Below, piece by piece: positions 30,101 through 36,494 of a stretch of 64,000 bases of DNA. The stretch lies in the IMG/VR virus record IMGVR_UViG_3300032246_000381, positions 8,446 to 72,445 of that record; one strand, given 5' to 3'. The first letter of the stretch is position 1, and each line of letters starts with the position of its first letter. The DNA comes from a virus. Made by a program: the position numbers and the translations under genes. Below the pieces are notes generated by a model. It was not told the origin of the DNA and ran no database searches. It worked only from the letters and a program-made list of their open reading frames with translations.

Positions 30101-31771
30101 GTTGTTGATGCAACTGGCAAAACGCTAGTTCAGTTTGGCAACAAGCCGACTGCTAACGATGTAATCTTTATTTTAGTATTAGGTAGCAATTCTGGAGCAG
30201 TTCTAGATGGCAGAGGAGTTGTTAGAGTTAACCAACAGATATTCATCTACGACAATAGCACAAGAGCATACAGTTTAGATAACTCAATTATTCACGATCC
30301 GCTATCGACTACACCAGTAACTTATAGTGCTAGTAACTTTACCAATATCGAAGGAGCGTCTGCAGAATCTTCGATGATAGTAGAAATCAATGGTCGAGCT
30401 CTAAACGGTCCAGACTCTACCTACTTTGTCTATGACGGAATTAAAAATGAATTTGTGTTAGGTGTTGATCCTTTAGTGCCGTCTGGTTCTATTCTAACAA
30501 GTAATATTAAATGTTATATCAATAATAGATTAGCATCATTTATTCAAGACTATGTATTCGACGGTAGCTTTAAAACAATTACAATTTCTAAAACTTCATT
30601 AACTAAAAATGATGTAATTAAGATCGTAACAGACTTTAATTCAGAATATAGAATCGTAGACAACAGTATTGTATTAGACGAAGCACTAATTGTCCCTTCG
30701 ACAGCAACTATCAAAGTTACTTGGTTTGGAGAATATCCTTCTATGAAATTTGTATCAGACGAATTCACAGGTGGAAAAATCAAATATCAACTAGCACATT
30801 CTCCGTTGTCTGGTAGTTATGTATGGGTTTACAAAAACGGTAACAGATTAACTCTAGACCAAGATTATAGTGTTGACATCAATCGTGCAGAATTATATCT
30901 AACAGCTAAATCCACATCAGCTGATCAAATCAAGGTATTATTATTTGGATCTGAAATATTTAAATTACCTACTGCTTGGGAAATTTCAAAAGATATGTTA
31001 AACATATATCATTTCAAGAGATTCTCACAGTCGAGCGATGTTGTTCTAGCAAGAGCGTTAAACTATTACGATACTGAAATTTTAGTAACTGATGCATCAC
31101 AATTATCAACCCCAATTTTAACTAGAAATATTCCTGGAGTAGTTTTAATTAATGGCGAGAAAATAGAGTATCTACAAAAAACAGGAAATACTCTGAGACA
31201 GTTACGAAGAGGTACAGTTGGAACAGCAATTAAAGCAGTTCACGCTGCGGGTAGTTATGTAGTTGATGTAGGACCAGAAGAAACTATTCCATATAATGAA
31301 GAACAGGAAAGAGCTGATTTTGTTAGTGATGGAGTAGCAGACGATTCAACTATCGGCTCTTACAAAACTATCGGCCAGCTAGATTTTATACCCGTACAAG
31401 GCACACGTTCAACTGCTTGGTTTAGAGGTACGATTCCGAATACATTTGGTCCTTGCGATCAAATAGAAGTATTTGTTGCAGGTCGCAGACTTCGTAAGGA
31501 TCCAGTAAATGTGTATAATGAAGCCCTTGGAGCATCAAGCCCTGTAGCAGATGTAACGTTGGAAGCAGAGTTTTCAGTAGACGGAATAACTCCGTATATC
31601 CGATTAACTACAACACCTCCGGCTGGTACAAGAGTTACAATTATTAAACGGACAGGCAAAACCTGGTACGATCGTGGTGTAGATACAGCAACTTCGGGTG
31701 TAACGTTCTTAGAAAACGATTCCTCAATTGCTACTTTCATCGCAAAGCGTACAACGAAATTGCCAGAATAA
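18110..31771 (+). CDS. giant baseplate wedge/structural protein (gp7-like) with FG-GAP propeller and carbohydrate-binding-like modules
   Basis: Uninterrupted ~4550-codon ORF after gp6; LLPSIFRT start, FIREKGT and VKPYRT wedge-type motifs, FG-GAP repeats. ATG at 18110 is preferred over GTG at 18101. Confidence 0.8.
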   Translation: MAKSIYPQSQLPIRRTVELLPSIFRTGANSKFMSAVVDPLVQPGVLQKTVGYIGRRYGKTYQGKDVYLDNDNTLRSRYQLEPGVTYKINGKITNFYDYIDFKNQLKFFGNDDDRDDAITSQQHYSWNPPIDWDKYVNFREYYWEPDGPPPVTILGQAGKITSSYKVRLGLGSFIFTPDGATNNPQLFLFRGQTYKFNVNVPNSGLVIRTKYDTGSLRYNPNLGYEIGAVVLFDEKLWRAKSQIPPGDGSTIDIDTADWQLISVADHTTVLDFNEGVTNNGIENGTITFKVPFDAPDVLFYQSKTDPDKFGQFVISNIDENTQLDIDKDIIGKSSYVSSNGVTLTNGLIVEFGGKVTPSQYASSNWLVEGVGNAITLTLFSDLIVPVLTKDVPEVLFDNEGFDTQPFDDATAYPSQLDYITITRNSKDSNPWSRYNRWFHRSVLDYAHGLRGVNYSAPEDARAKRPIIEFNPNIQLFNHGAVSKKVVDYIDNFTTDIFSKIEGSTGYNIDGEFLFEGARILVVADTDSLANNRIYKVNFIKFNNNVQINLKLEKDGESLTDECVLVRRGTTNAGLMYHFNGDTWQLSQLKTKVNQPPLFDAYDSNGISFADLSVYPVSSFLGTTLFEYNQGTSGVNDSQLGFPLTYLNIDNLGDIKFNWTWDSDVFYYTSNTNITESKLISTGYYKENAEYKNGWISTNLEYIQPLIDSVLISTPTNVVKLTTLDWEAVTDSSMLVINFYLNGTKITDNPWTRERGIFTFTTPFAETDILSVKIITDVNHVTGYFEIPSGLEKNPLNQKLTSFTFGQAIDHVVSALEFDERFQGTVPGKSNLRDLVDYQNNAKRFLKHSGSAPLALALLCDKENNIIKSLQYAKQQYTEFKNNFLARSVELEYTNSIPDFVDNIIQSLTSTKTVASPFADSDMIGSGAYSTVTYTVEDTGIKTFALKQSFSLEQLSRNAVYVYVNDQQLLVNSQYEFNATFGFVTLKVDLVEGDYIEIREYISTSHCFIPATPTKLGLYKKYTPMIFVDDTYREPKTVIQGHDGSLTVAYGDYRDQLLLELEFRIYNNIKQQYDTSIFDIDAILGGYYGNALYNKDHLDPIVEQEFLQWIKNTNIDYTNNSYFIDTEPFTYTYSNMTDPESKVNLPGYWRGVYKWAFDTDRPHRCPWEMLGFSEKPTWWDMQYGTAPYTSGNLLLWEDLRDGIIRHGDRAGTYDRYKRPGLLDYIPVDIEGRLVNPLDSGFAGNFILINNRGPFKLGDIGPVEYAWRSSSEYPFAVAIALCLLKPFEFITDSFDRSRIKINQIGQTVSKDTDLFLTLSDLTIPYPGVDLSSGLVCYLVNYTQSKGKSLDSLSAKIQSIDVNLATRLSGFVDKAQQKYLLDSKSPKSVSSSIYVPAENYDIVFNVSAPISTLSYSGVIVEKNDIGWHVTGYDDIHPFFYYYEAQASQGDPLLSIGGISEKFIDWQPGKEFTNGIIVKNNNDFYRALSTHTDADDGALLDKTVWKKLAKLPLIGSVDAYKRRKFNTFEVSKIGYGTSFTTIQEVVDFLLGYEAYLQGQGFVFTNYDPVNQVSQDWTTSCKEFMFWTRHNWAVGSLITLSPAATKINIVRTVGVADSLLDGFYDYQLLKSDGKPLQPQFINVDRTFQEVTVETTNTTEGIYFLRLYYVLKEHVAIFDDRTVFNDVIYDKSTGYRQQRIKSQGFRTTDWYGDYTSPGFLFDNVDIDLWEPFNDYKLGDIVAYKSYYWTSLANQQGQETFDYTYWSKLDSVPEKQLISNFDYKINQFDDYLNVASEGIGNTQRELARHTIGYQERSYLQELAEDPVTQFQLYQGFIREKGTKNAISKVFDKLSRYNGNSIELREEWAFRVGQFGGTDQLREIEIELQKNNVKIDPQPIIASIAASDNVTSDKYYRVAKSDFTISPLPYVTDIHPVTSEEMPSQVAGYVKTDQIDFAVSTIDDILKLDIASVLENNHIWITFNVPDWTIWRLNQSPIYVITGVSKTSTTVTVTLNRAHNLTVDTIVGIRDVFNLIGFYKIIAVTNTTFNVTVSASAQTPVLDQSTISSLHLFTPVRYADYGKLDPEAIALLPAGSKLWIDDSGAGEWEVIKKNKQYKSSSITAYGLTSPIRTGAKVLYNDALKQVVTGIPGSGYVVAYIEVSTSTPGETALSTKQIIAPASEFLTASIGSFGSAIAISPDNKWMVVGAPLASDIPSNFMGPFDPMATYFPDEVVLYNGKLWKAKTDINADGSTNAAYDPDNWVLAEIIEASASYRGKGFYQQGMISIYEWTNQQWEIAGTFASPRPAIGEQFGSNISIGSDGSTYFLSVSAVGSLDGTGRVYLYKGVETSVVSPGGYTSSITTWKHHDTQLSLPQRLALVDDGSTLVPTPVPGQLVEMLKENDQFGYSVSMNQTGSILAVGAPNSDSQFFVNYKGIWRPSITYVGGDVVQRDTLYYSLGSTVISNTNDDPSNSAVWASVGDSTLRRSGKVFIYHRNISNEFELMQTIDAATLSSISDISDSTETIDSGDKFGFAIALDYSGRTMVVTSPMADLNLEYRGSAYVLQTESVSTPRFRLKQKLKNFESYYDEYFGQSVAITANSETIVVGAKNSPGNTTGDAGAVYVFERKTIPLKDRYDLTIGGADYYFLAEKLTATLSPFESFGASVDCQGAAIVVGSPDYYSTAGANTGNVRLFKKDPTVNSWEKVTYQLPVVDIEKIKSIALYDNVRDLKIQDLDIVDPAKLKILNEAEQEITFKTPFDPAIYSIGTDAQIVIPTQEWDKPFVGKIWWNISTAKWLYYEQGDISYKIGNWGVLAPGASIDIYEWVETPLLPSEWAAVADTNDGVANGISGQPLYPNNDVYSLKVLYNPTTGLATNTLYYYWVKNKTVTPTGLAGRKIPASTIASYISNPAGAGTAFVSVISSDSMLVYNLRSVMSSDTALLNIQYHKDNKSLNAIHNEYQLLVEGDPEGVPAKALEEKWLDSLVGYDAVGNRVPDPGLPAKQRYGVSFRPRQGMFVDRAAALKIVIQNVNHFLLQLPFVDVADFTYLNLIDPIPNNLYNLYDLSIDTVDQLSTVGTVRVKPAILSVNLVNGEVDTIDIIAQGFGYKVTPPIVIDGDGIGATAECTIDNQGKVIAVKVLTRGKKYSVANGIVRKFSVLVVSDSTANGNWEIYSWDTDKQTFYRSKSQAYDTTKYWSLVDWWATKYEVGDLVPIPLYSDSSRIVKEIQDISLEPTIYTQIGDLIRIKEYASGGWAVFLKIAEGGSFSENYQQVGRKEGTLQISQEFYRAALAGTGYDNNRAYDTNLYDVENAKELRNILKAVKDNAANLGYGELWSNLFFISIRHVLSEQKYVDWFFKTSFLKAIHNVGSFEERLNYKNDNLASFQAYVDEVKPYRTTIREYVSRYDTIEPFGGATSDFDIPPAYSPTEGRINALSLTDERLNSYPWKWWTDNHKFSIVDIQISYAGTEYTAPPTVVIDGDGTGATAKAYISNGEVSGIQILTGGENYTTATVTLVGGNGNSLDRAKAVAILGDTKSRTFGITLKFDRISKEGIYQEFLQQQTFIAPGDSAVFELSYAPTSDKNKIKLFRNGQVVYKDEYSISLYKSNTDLYSLLKGKIIFKQVPAENDTILVIYDKNDQLLDSVNRIQKYYLTNSDNSVAGLAGKELSQLMTGFDFGGVQVQGTTFEVTGGWDALPWFTDGWDSVESSQDIYYVCDGSTAQYTFAVAPPAGDVINIYIKRKGTTDAVRIDDPMFTPMWDSSMATNPNAELPTFVGDGSTRVIELGQYISTEADDILIFRTLDSDGSVSINDPNILDTKLSGGTLASMAGAYSTASGIAAEDIVIEGGEFVSPDQVPATEENVPGQVLDSLSIKVFQSSIDGVAPINSRTLISDGTTRNYDIGIKVLEFTSVLVYKNKTRMLLGTDYDLYLKTQKLTFTNTPLAGDVIEIIALGIGGHSLLDYQEFVADGDTSLFLSNANFLDTSSVFVTVNGVYQDIGFIDSTGVVDATGKTLVQFGNKPTANDVIFILVLGSNSGAVLDGRGVVRVNQQIFIYDNSTRAYSLDNSIIHDPLSTTPVTYSASNFTNIEGASAESSMIVEINGRALNGPDSTYFVYDGIKNEFVLGVDPLVPSGSILTSNIKCYINNRLASFIQDYVFDGSFKTITISKTSLTKNDVIKIVTDFNSEYRIVDNSIVLDEALIVPSTATIKVTWFGEYPSMKFVSDEFTGGKIKYQLAHSPLSGSYVWVYKNGNRLTLDQDYSVDINRAELYLTAKSTSADQIKVLLFGSEIFKLPTAWEISKDMLNIYHFKRFSQSSDVVLARALNYYDTEILVTDASQLSTPILTRNIPGVVLINGEKIEYLQKTGNTLRQLRRGTVGTAIKAVHAAGSYVVDVGPEETIPYNEEQERADFVSDGVADDSTIGSYKTIGQLDFIPVQGTRSTAWFRGTIPNTFGPCDQIEVFVAGRRLRKDPVNVYNEALGASSPVADVTLEAEFSVDGITPYIRLTTTPPAGTRVTIIKRTGKTWYDRGVDTATSGVTFLENDSSIATFIAKRTTKLPE

Positions 31772-31774
31772 ATA
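31769..31774 (+). promoter_or_regulatory. late promoter TAAATA overlapping a stop codon
   Basis: GAATAAATAC directly before the next gene. Confidence 0.55.
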
Positions 31775-31779
31775 CAACT

Positions 31780-32442
31780 ATGGAAACACAAGAGACTAAT
31801 ATGCCACAAAATAATGATCAAAACAAGCAGTCAGTACCCCCAAATGAGCAGGGCGGATTCCACGTCGAAGGACATATTAAGATATTTGATCCAGAGACTA
31901 AAGAAGTCATTATTGATAAACGCAACGCTATCCACTATGAAAATATGAGTTTAGCAATGGTAAACAGCCTTTCAAATCAAGGGTATGGTTGGATTTATCA
32001 AATGGATTTCGGTAACGGCGGAACTACGGTAGACCCAACAGGGCTTATTACGTATTTGACCCCAAACACCATTGGTACAAATACAAGTTTATACAACAAA
32101 ACTTACAGTAAAATTGTTGATCAGAACGATGCGGGTAATGCAGATCCGGTTAGAAATAAAATGGAAGTTAGACACGTAAGTGGCGCAACTTACAGTGATA
32201 TTCTTGTAAGCTGTTTGCTAGACTACGGCGAGTTAAGTGATCAGCAGGCATTTGATAACAGTCTTGATATGAACGGAAACTTTGTGTTTGATGAACTAGG
32301 GCTTCGCAGTTATAACCCTTTAGGCACTGGACTATTGCTTACACACGTTATTTTCCATCCTGTGCAAAAAAGTTTAAACAGGCTTTTACAGATTGATTAT
32401 ACAATCCGTGTACAGAGCTTGACTGGATTTACGGGAGTTTAA
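31780..32442 (+). CDS. baseplate/tail fibre attachment structural protein
   Basis: GHIKIFD..KRNAIHYEN, FDELGL, LLTHVIFHPVQKSLNR..IDYTIRV; lies between the wedge and fibre genes. Start may be 31801. Confidence 0.7.
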   Translation: METQETNMPQNNDQNKQSVPPNEQGGFHVEGHIKIFDPETKEVIIDKRNAIHYENMSLAMVNSLSNQGYGWIYQMDFGNGGTTVDPTGLITYLTPNTIGTNTSLYNKTYSKIVDQNDAGNADPVRNKMEVRHVSGATYSDILVSCLLDYGELSDQQAFDNSLDMNGNFVFDELGLRSYNPLGTGLLLTHVIFHPVQKSLNRLLQIDYTIRVQSLTGFTGV

Positions 32443-32444
32443 TT

Positions 32445-34577
32445 ATGCCATATACCGTAAATTATACAGATAAAAATAATACAAAACCAATCACGGTTTT
32501 TGATAATACATCGAGTCAAGATACAAGTTTAACATTTCCCGGTCGTAATGTCACTGGGTATGGTCAGATTATTGCTGAAAACTTTTTACACCTACTAGAA
32601 AATTTTGCAAGCATAAAAGAACCAGTCAATCCAACCGAAGGACAACTTTGGTACGATACTGGAAACAATGTTCTTATGTTGTTTGATAATGTTGCTTGGA
32701 AAGCAGCATCGGGAATACAAAAAGGTCCAACTGAACCGTCGACACTAACATCAAAGGTCGGTGAACTATGGATTGACACTACTAATCAACAACTGCGTAT
32801 TTTTACTGGAACACGATGGATTCTAGTCGGGCCAAGTGAAAGTAATATTGATGGTTTAAGATACGGCCCTGCGATAGAAGCAATATCTGACTCAGACAAT
32901 ATAACACGAAATATTTTAACATTATATATTGCGGATCAGCCAATTATTATTGTAAGTAAAGACAGCTTTACTCCGAAGATTTTAATCACCGGATTTTCAA
33001 CAGGAATTAAAGCAGGGGTCAACGTTGCAACACCGCTAGGTGCAACAGAGGCAGCAGTATTCCAAGGTGGCTTCCTTCCTAAATTTTATGGTACTGCTAC
33101 AACTGCTGAAGCACTTAAAGTTGGAAATGATACTGTTCTAGCTTCTAAATTTTTACGAATCGATCAGCTAAACACAACAGAATACGGATTGACAATTGCC
33201 AGCAATACTGGTTTGACGTTAGGTGTTGATAGAACTTTTATTATTTCAAATACTTCAACATCTGCAACACTTTATAATTCCTTAGCAGGTAGCAGTCTAG
33301 ATCTGCAAACAAATAAAGACGGCCTACCAAACACTGTATTAAGAATTAAAGAATCAAATGTAGGTATTAATGTTGCACAGCCCGAACAAGCACTAGAGGT
33401 CGGAGGTAACATTGGTGTTACTGGTTCGTTGATAGTTACTAATACTACAGAATCTACTAACTTTGGAAACGGCAGTATTAGAACTGCAGGTGGAGCAGCA
33501 ATTAGTAAAAACCTGTTGATAGGTCAAAATTTAAATGTTGCAGGAACAACTACTTCCGGAAATATAGTACCACAGACTACTGACATCTATGATATCGGTC
33601 TTTCATCTAAACGATGGAAAACTGTCAGAGCTAAAACAATTATAGCTGACGAAATACAAGGGGTACTAAGCGGAAGTATTACAGGTAACTCGGGTACCGC
33701 TACTGCTTTAAAAACCACTACAACTTTCAGATTGATCGGTGACGTAATTTCAGCGCCAATTACATTTGATGGTCAAGTTGGTGGCTCGACAAAAATATTT
33801 GATACAATCTTAACATCAAATCTTATTGCAAATAAAAATCCTCCGTCGAACGGGCGTTCATTCGCAGAAGACCAAGTGCTAGTATTTAGAGCATCTATAT
33901 CGGGTGTAGGCGGCCAATCGGGACTATTAAGAGAAACTCGCGATACATTCGTTGGAGACCTTGGGGTTCCTATAGGAGGCATTATGCCTTACGCAGGTTC
34001 AAATGCCCCGTATGGTTATTTGTTATGCGACGGCTCAGAAGTAGAACAAGTTAAGTATCCAGATCTATATGATGTAATTGGAACTACATACAACGGTTCA
34101 GGCACACTGTCCGGTATTGGTACATTTAGGATCCCGGATCTGAGAGGTAGATTTGCACTCGGCCGTGATAATATGGATAACGGACAAACAGTACCAAACA
34201 GTACTGGCGGCTTTACAGATGCAGGCGGCGGAACAGCCGGTAGAGTACCAGACATCAAAGCTCAGTCAGTCGGTGGTAGTGCTGGATCAAATGCCGTTAC
34301 TTTAGACAAGCGCAATCTTCCAGAACACGAGCATTCACTATCAGTTAACGGAATTCAGTATGCTGCGGTGCGTGTAGATACTGCTATTAATTCACCAGGT
34401 AAGACTGGCCTTGGTCCTACAGCACCTGGACAGGGACAGTATTTAGAAGAATCCGGCGGTGTACAAATTGGCGAAGGTGTTACACTAGCACAGCCAATCG
34501 GTATTATGAATCCTTATCTAACTATAAATTATATTATTAGATCAGGTCCGCCGAAATTCGTTACTACAACAAGTTAA
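32445..34577 (+). CDS. tail fibre with C-terminal tail-collar domain
   Basis: Shared fibre N-terminus (GRNVTGYG..AENFLHLLENFA..GQLWYD); collar motif PIGGIMPYAG..GYLLCDG..YPDLYDVIG..FRIPDLRGR; YLTINYIIR end. Confidence 0.85.
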   Translation: MPYTVNYTDKNNTKPITVFDNTSSQDTSLTFPGRNVTGYGQIIAENFLHLLENFASIKEPVNPTEGQLWYDTGNNVLMLFDNVAWKAASGIQKGPTEPSTLTSKVGELWIDTTNQQLRIFTGTRWILVGPSESNIDGLRYGPAIEAISDSDNITRNILTLYIADQPIIIVSKDSFTPKILITGFSTGIKAGVNVATPLGATEAAVFQGGFLPKFYGTATTAEALKVGNDTVLASKFLRIDQLNTTEYGLTIASNTGLTLGVDRTFIISNTSTSATLYNSLAGSSLDLQTNKDGLPNTVLRIKESNVGINVAQPEQALEVGGNIGVTGSLIVTNTTESTNFGNGSIRTAGGAAISKNLLIGQNLNVAGTTTSGNIVPQTTDIYDIGLSSKRWKTVRAKTIIADEIQGVLSGSITGNSGTATALKTTTTFRLIGDVISAPITFDGQVGGSTKIFDTILTSNLIANKNPPSNGRSFAEDQVLVFRASISGVGGQSGLLRETRDTFVGDLGVPIGGIMPYAGSNAPYGYLLCDGSEVEQVKYPDLYDVIGTTYNGSGTLSGIGTFRIPDLRGRFALGRDNMDNGQTVPNSTGGFTDAGGGTAGRVPDIKAQSVGGSAGSNAVTLDKRNLPEHEHSLSVNGIQYAAVRVDTAINSPGKTGLGPTAPGQGQYLEESGGVQIGEGVTLAQPIGIMNPYLTINYIIRSGPPKFVTTTS

Positions 34578-34590
34578 TTAGGGCAATACA

Positions 34591-36471
34591 ATGTCATATA
34601 CAATAAACAAAACAGACGGGACAGTTGTAGCTACTGTTGCAGACGGCCAAGTTGATCAATTATCAACTAGTCTAACTTTAATCGGAAAAAACTACAGCGG
34701 ATTTGGAACATTTCTAAATGATAATCTTGTAGGTCTTTTAGAAAACTTTGCAAACACTTCCAAACCTCCACACCCTATCAAAGGTCAAATTTGGTTTGAC
34801 ACCAGCGAAGGAAAACTTAAAGTTTACACTGGTACACAGTTTGTTCCTGTAAGTTCTGCCACAGTCTCGAGTACTAAACCTACAACATTAGGTGTTGGTG
34901 ATTTATGGTTTAACGATGTTGACAAGCAGTTATTTTTCTTTGACGGAACATCAACTATATTGTTGGCTCCGGTCTATTCAGTGAGTCAAGGCACAAGCGG
35001 TTTTCAAGTTTCAAGTATTTTAGATACATTGAACCAAACTCGTGTTATTACAACATTATATAACAACGGAATACTGTTAGGCATTTTTAGTAAGGATTCA
35101 TTTACACCTAAAAATGCTATCACTGGATTCTCGGGAAATATTATTCCTGGATTCAATGCCGGCACACTAGCTGGATTAAAATTTAATGTCACTGCAACTA
35201 ATTCAGAAAATTTAAATGCAATTCCTGCAGCAAATTATGTAAGAACGGATACTGCAAATAATATGCAGGGTCAATTAAAAATTACAACTGACTTAGGTAT
35301 GATTATCGGTAGTGCTGGTCAAGCTACACTACGTGTTACTAGCGGTGATGTAATCATTGCTAATACCGCTTCAAATAAAGATTTTTATGTCAACGTTAGA
35401 AAAGATATTACGCCAGAAACAGCAATTAAGGTTACTTCTAATACACGGACTATTGATCTATATCCGAATCAAGCAAACAGCCAAGTTAATGTTGGTGGTA
35501 GTGTATCGATAACCGGTGACCTAACAGTCAACGGTACAACGACTACATTGAATACCGCAGACGTTGTAGTTGAAGATAAAAACATTATATTGGCTAAAGC
35601 CACTGGTATTACTCCTAGCGATACATTCGCCGCAGGCGGCGGTATTATTCTTCAAGGTGGAACCAGACACGTATTCCTATGGTCGAATGTTATACAAAAT
35701 GCAACATCCGATAGTGCAGGGGCTCTAGCAGAAGGATATTCAGACTCTACACCAAAACTATCAAGCAGTGCTTGGACTAGTTCAGACCATATTAATCTAG
35801 TATCAGGCAAATATTTTGCCATCGATGGTATTCCGGTAATAACAGGAAATTCACTCGGCGCCGGTATTACCAGTATTCCGGGTGTTACTTCTTTTGGTAC
35901 ACAGTCAGTTGTTAATATTGGACCATCACCTGCATCACCATATATTAGATTAGAAAATAATAGAATTTCTACATTAGTTACAGATCAAGATTTAGAAATT
36001 TCACCAAACGGCGCTGGAAATATTTCACTGCTAGGAAGCCCAAGAATTGCTGGTATGGCAGATCCGGTATCTGGACAAGATGCTGCAACAAAAGAATATG
36101 TAGATTATACAATTCAAACAAGACCTTTAGTATTCAGTATTGACTTATCTGATGCGAAAGACAGCACATATATTGTCACTAATATTTTAGATAATATGGC
36201 TCCAGCCGCCGAATACAGAAACGGAACAGTTGCACGTATCCTGTGTAACATTTTAAGTGTTTCGTCAACATCATTAGATCTAAATCCTTTGATTAATCAA
36301 AGTACTTCGATTTTTAGTTCACCTACGGGAACTGCACCAGCAGTTACTAACGTAGCTATTAACACCGCTACTGTATCGCCTGGGTCGATATCAACAACAC
36401 GTATCATTAAAACATATCAGATCATTGCAGGTCTCTGGGTGTTTGTATCTGATACAGTACTACCAGCATAA
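34591..36471 (+). CDS. tail fibre protein
   Basis: MSYTINKTDG..LIGKNYSGFG..LLENFA..GQIWFD N-terminus; GDLTVNGTTT..VEDKNI and DAATKEYVD fibre motifs. Confidence 0.8.
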   Translation: MSYTINKTDGTVVATVADGQVDQLSTSLTLIGKNYSGFGTFLNDNLVGLLENFANTSKPPHPIKGQIWFDTSEGKLKVYTGTQFVPVSSATVSSTKPTTLGVGDLWFNDVDKQLFFFDGTSTILLAPVYSVSQGTSGFQVSSILDTLNQTRVITTLYNNGILLGIFSKDSFTPKNAITGFSGNIIPGFNAGTLAGLKFNVTATNSENLNAIPAANYVRTDTANNMQGQLKITTDLGMIIGSAGQATLRVTSGDVIIANTASNKDFYVNVRKDITPETAIKVTSNTRTIDLYPNQANSQVNVGGSVSITGDLTVNGTTTTLNTADVVVEDKNIILAKATGITPSDTFAAGGGIILQGGTRHVFLWSNVIQNATSDSAGALAEGYSDSTPKLSSSAWTSSDHINLVSGKYFAIDGIPVITGNSLGAGITSIPGVTSFGTQSVVNIGPSPASPYIRLENNRISTLVTDQDLEISPNGAGNISLLGSPRIAGMADPVSGQDAATKEYVDYTIQTRPLVFSIDLSDAKDSTYIVTNILDNMAPAAEYRNGTVARILCNILSVSSTSLDLNPLINQSTSIFSSPTGTAPAVTNVAINTATVSPGSISTTRIIKTYQIIAGLWVFVSDTVLPA

Positions 36472-36494
36472 TAAAAAATAGGAGCGATTAAGCT

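Noticed and set aside
18110-31771. Intein or fused/misassembled genes explaining the giant ORF
   Set aside because: No intein splice motifs or LAGLIDADG blocks were recognised. The length is accounted for by repeated structural domains.
8757-32442. Bacterial contractile injection system or T6SS
   Set aside because: Linkage to gp55/gp46/gp47, late promoters and phage fibres indicates a lytic T4-like phage genome.
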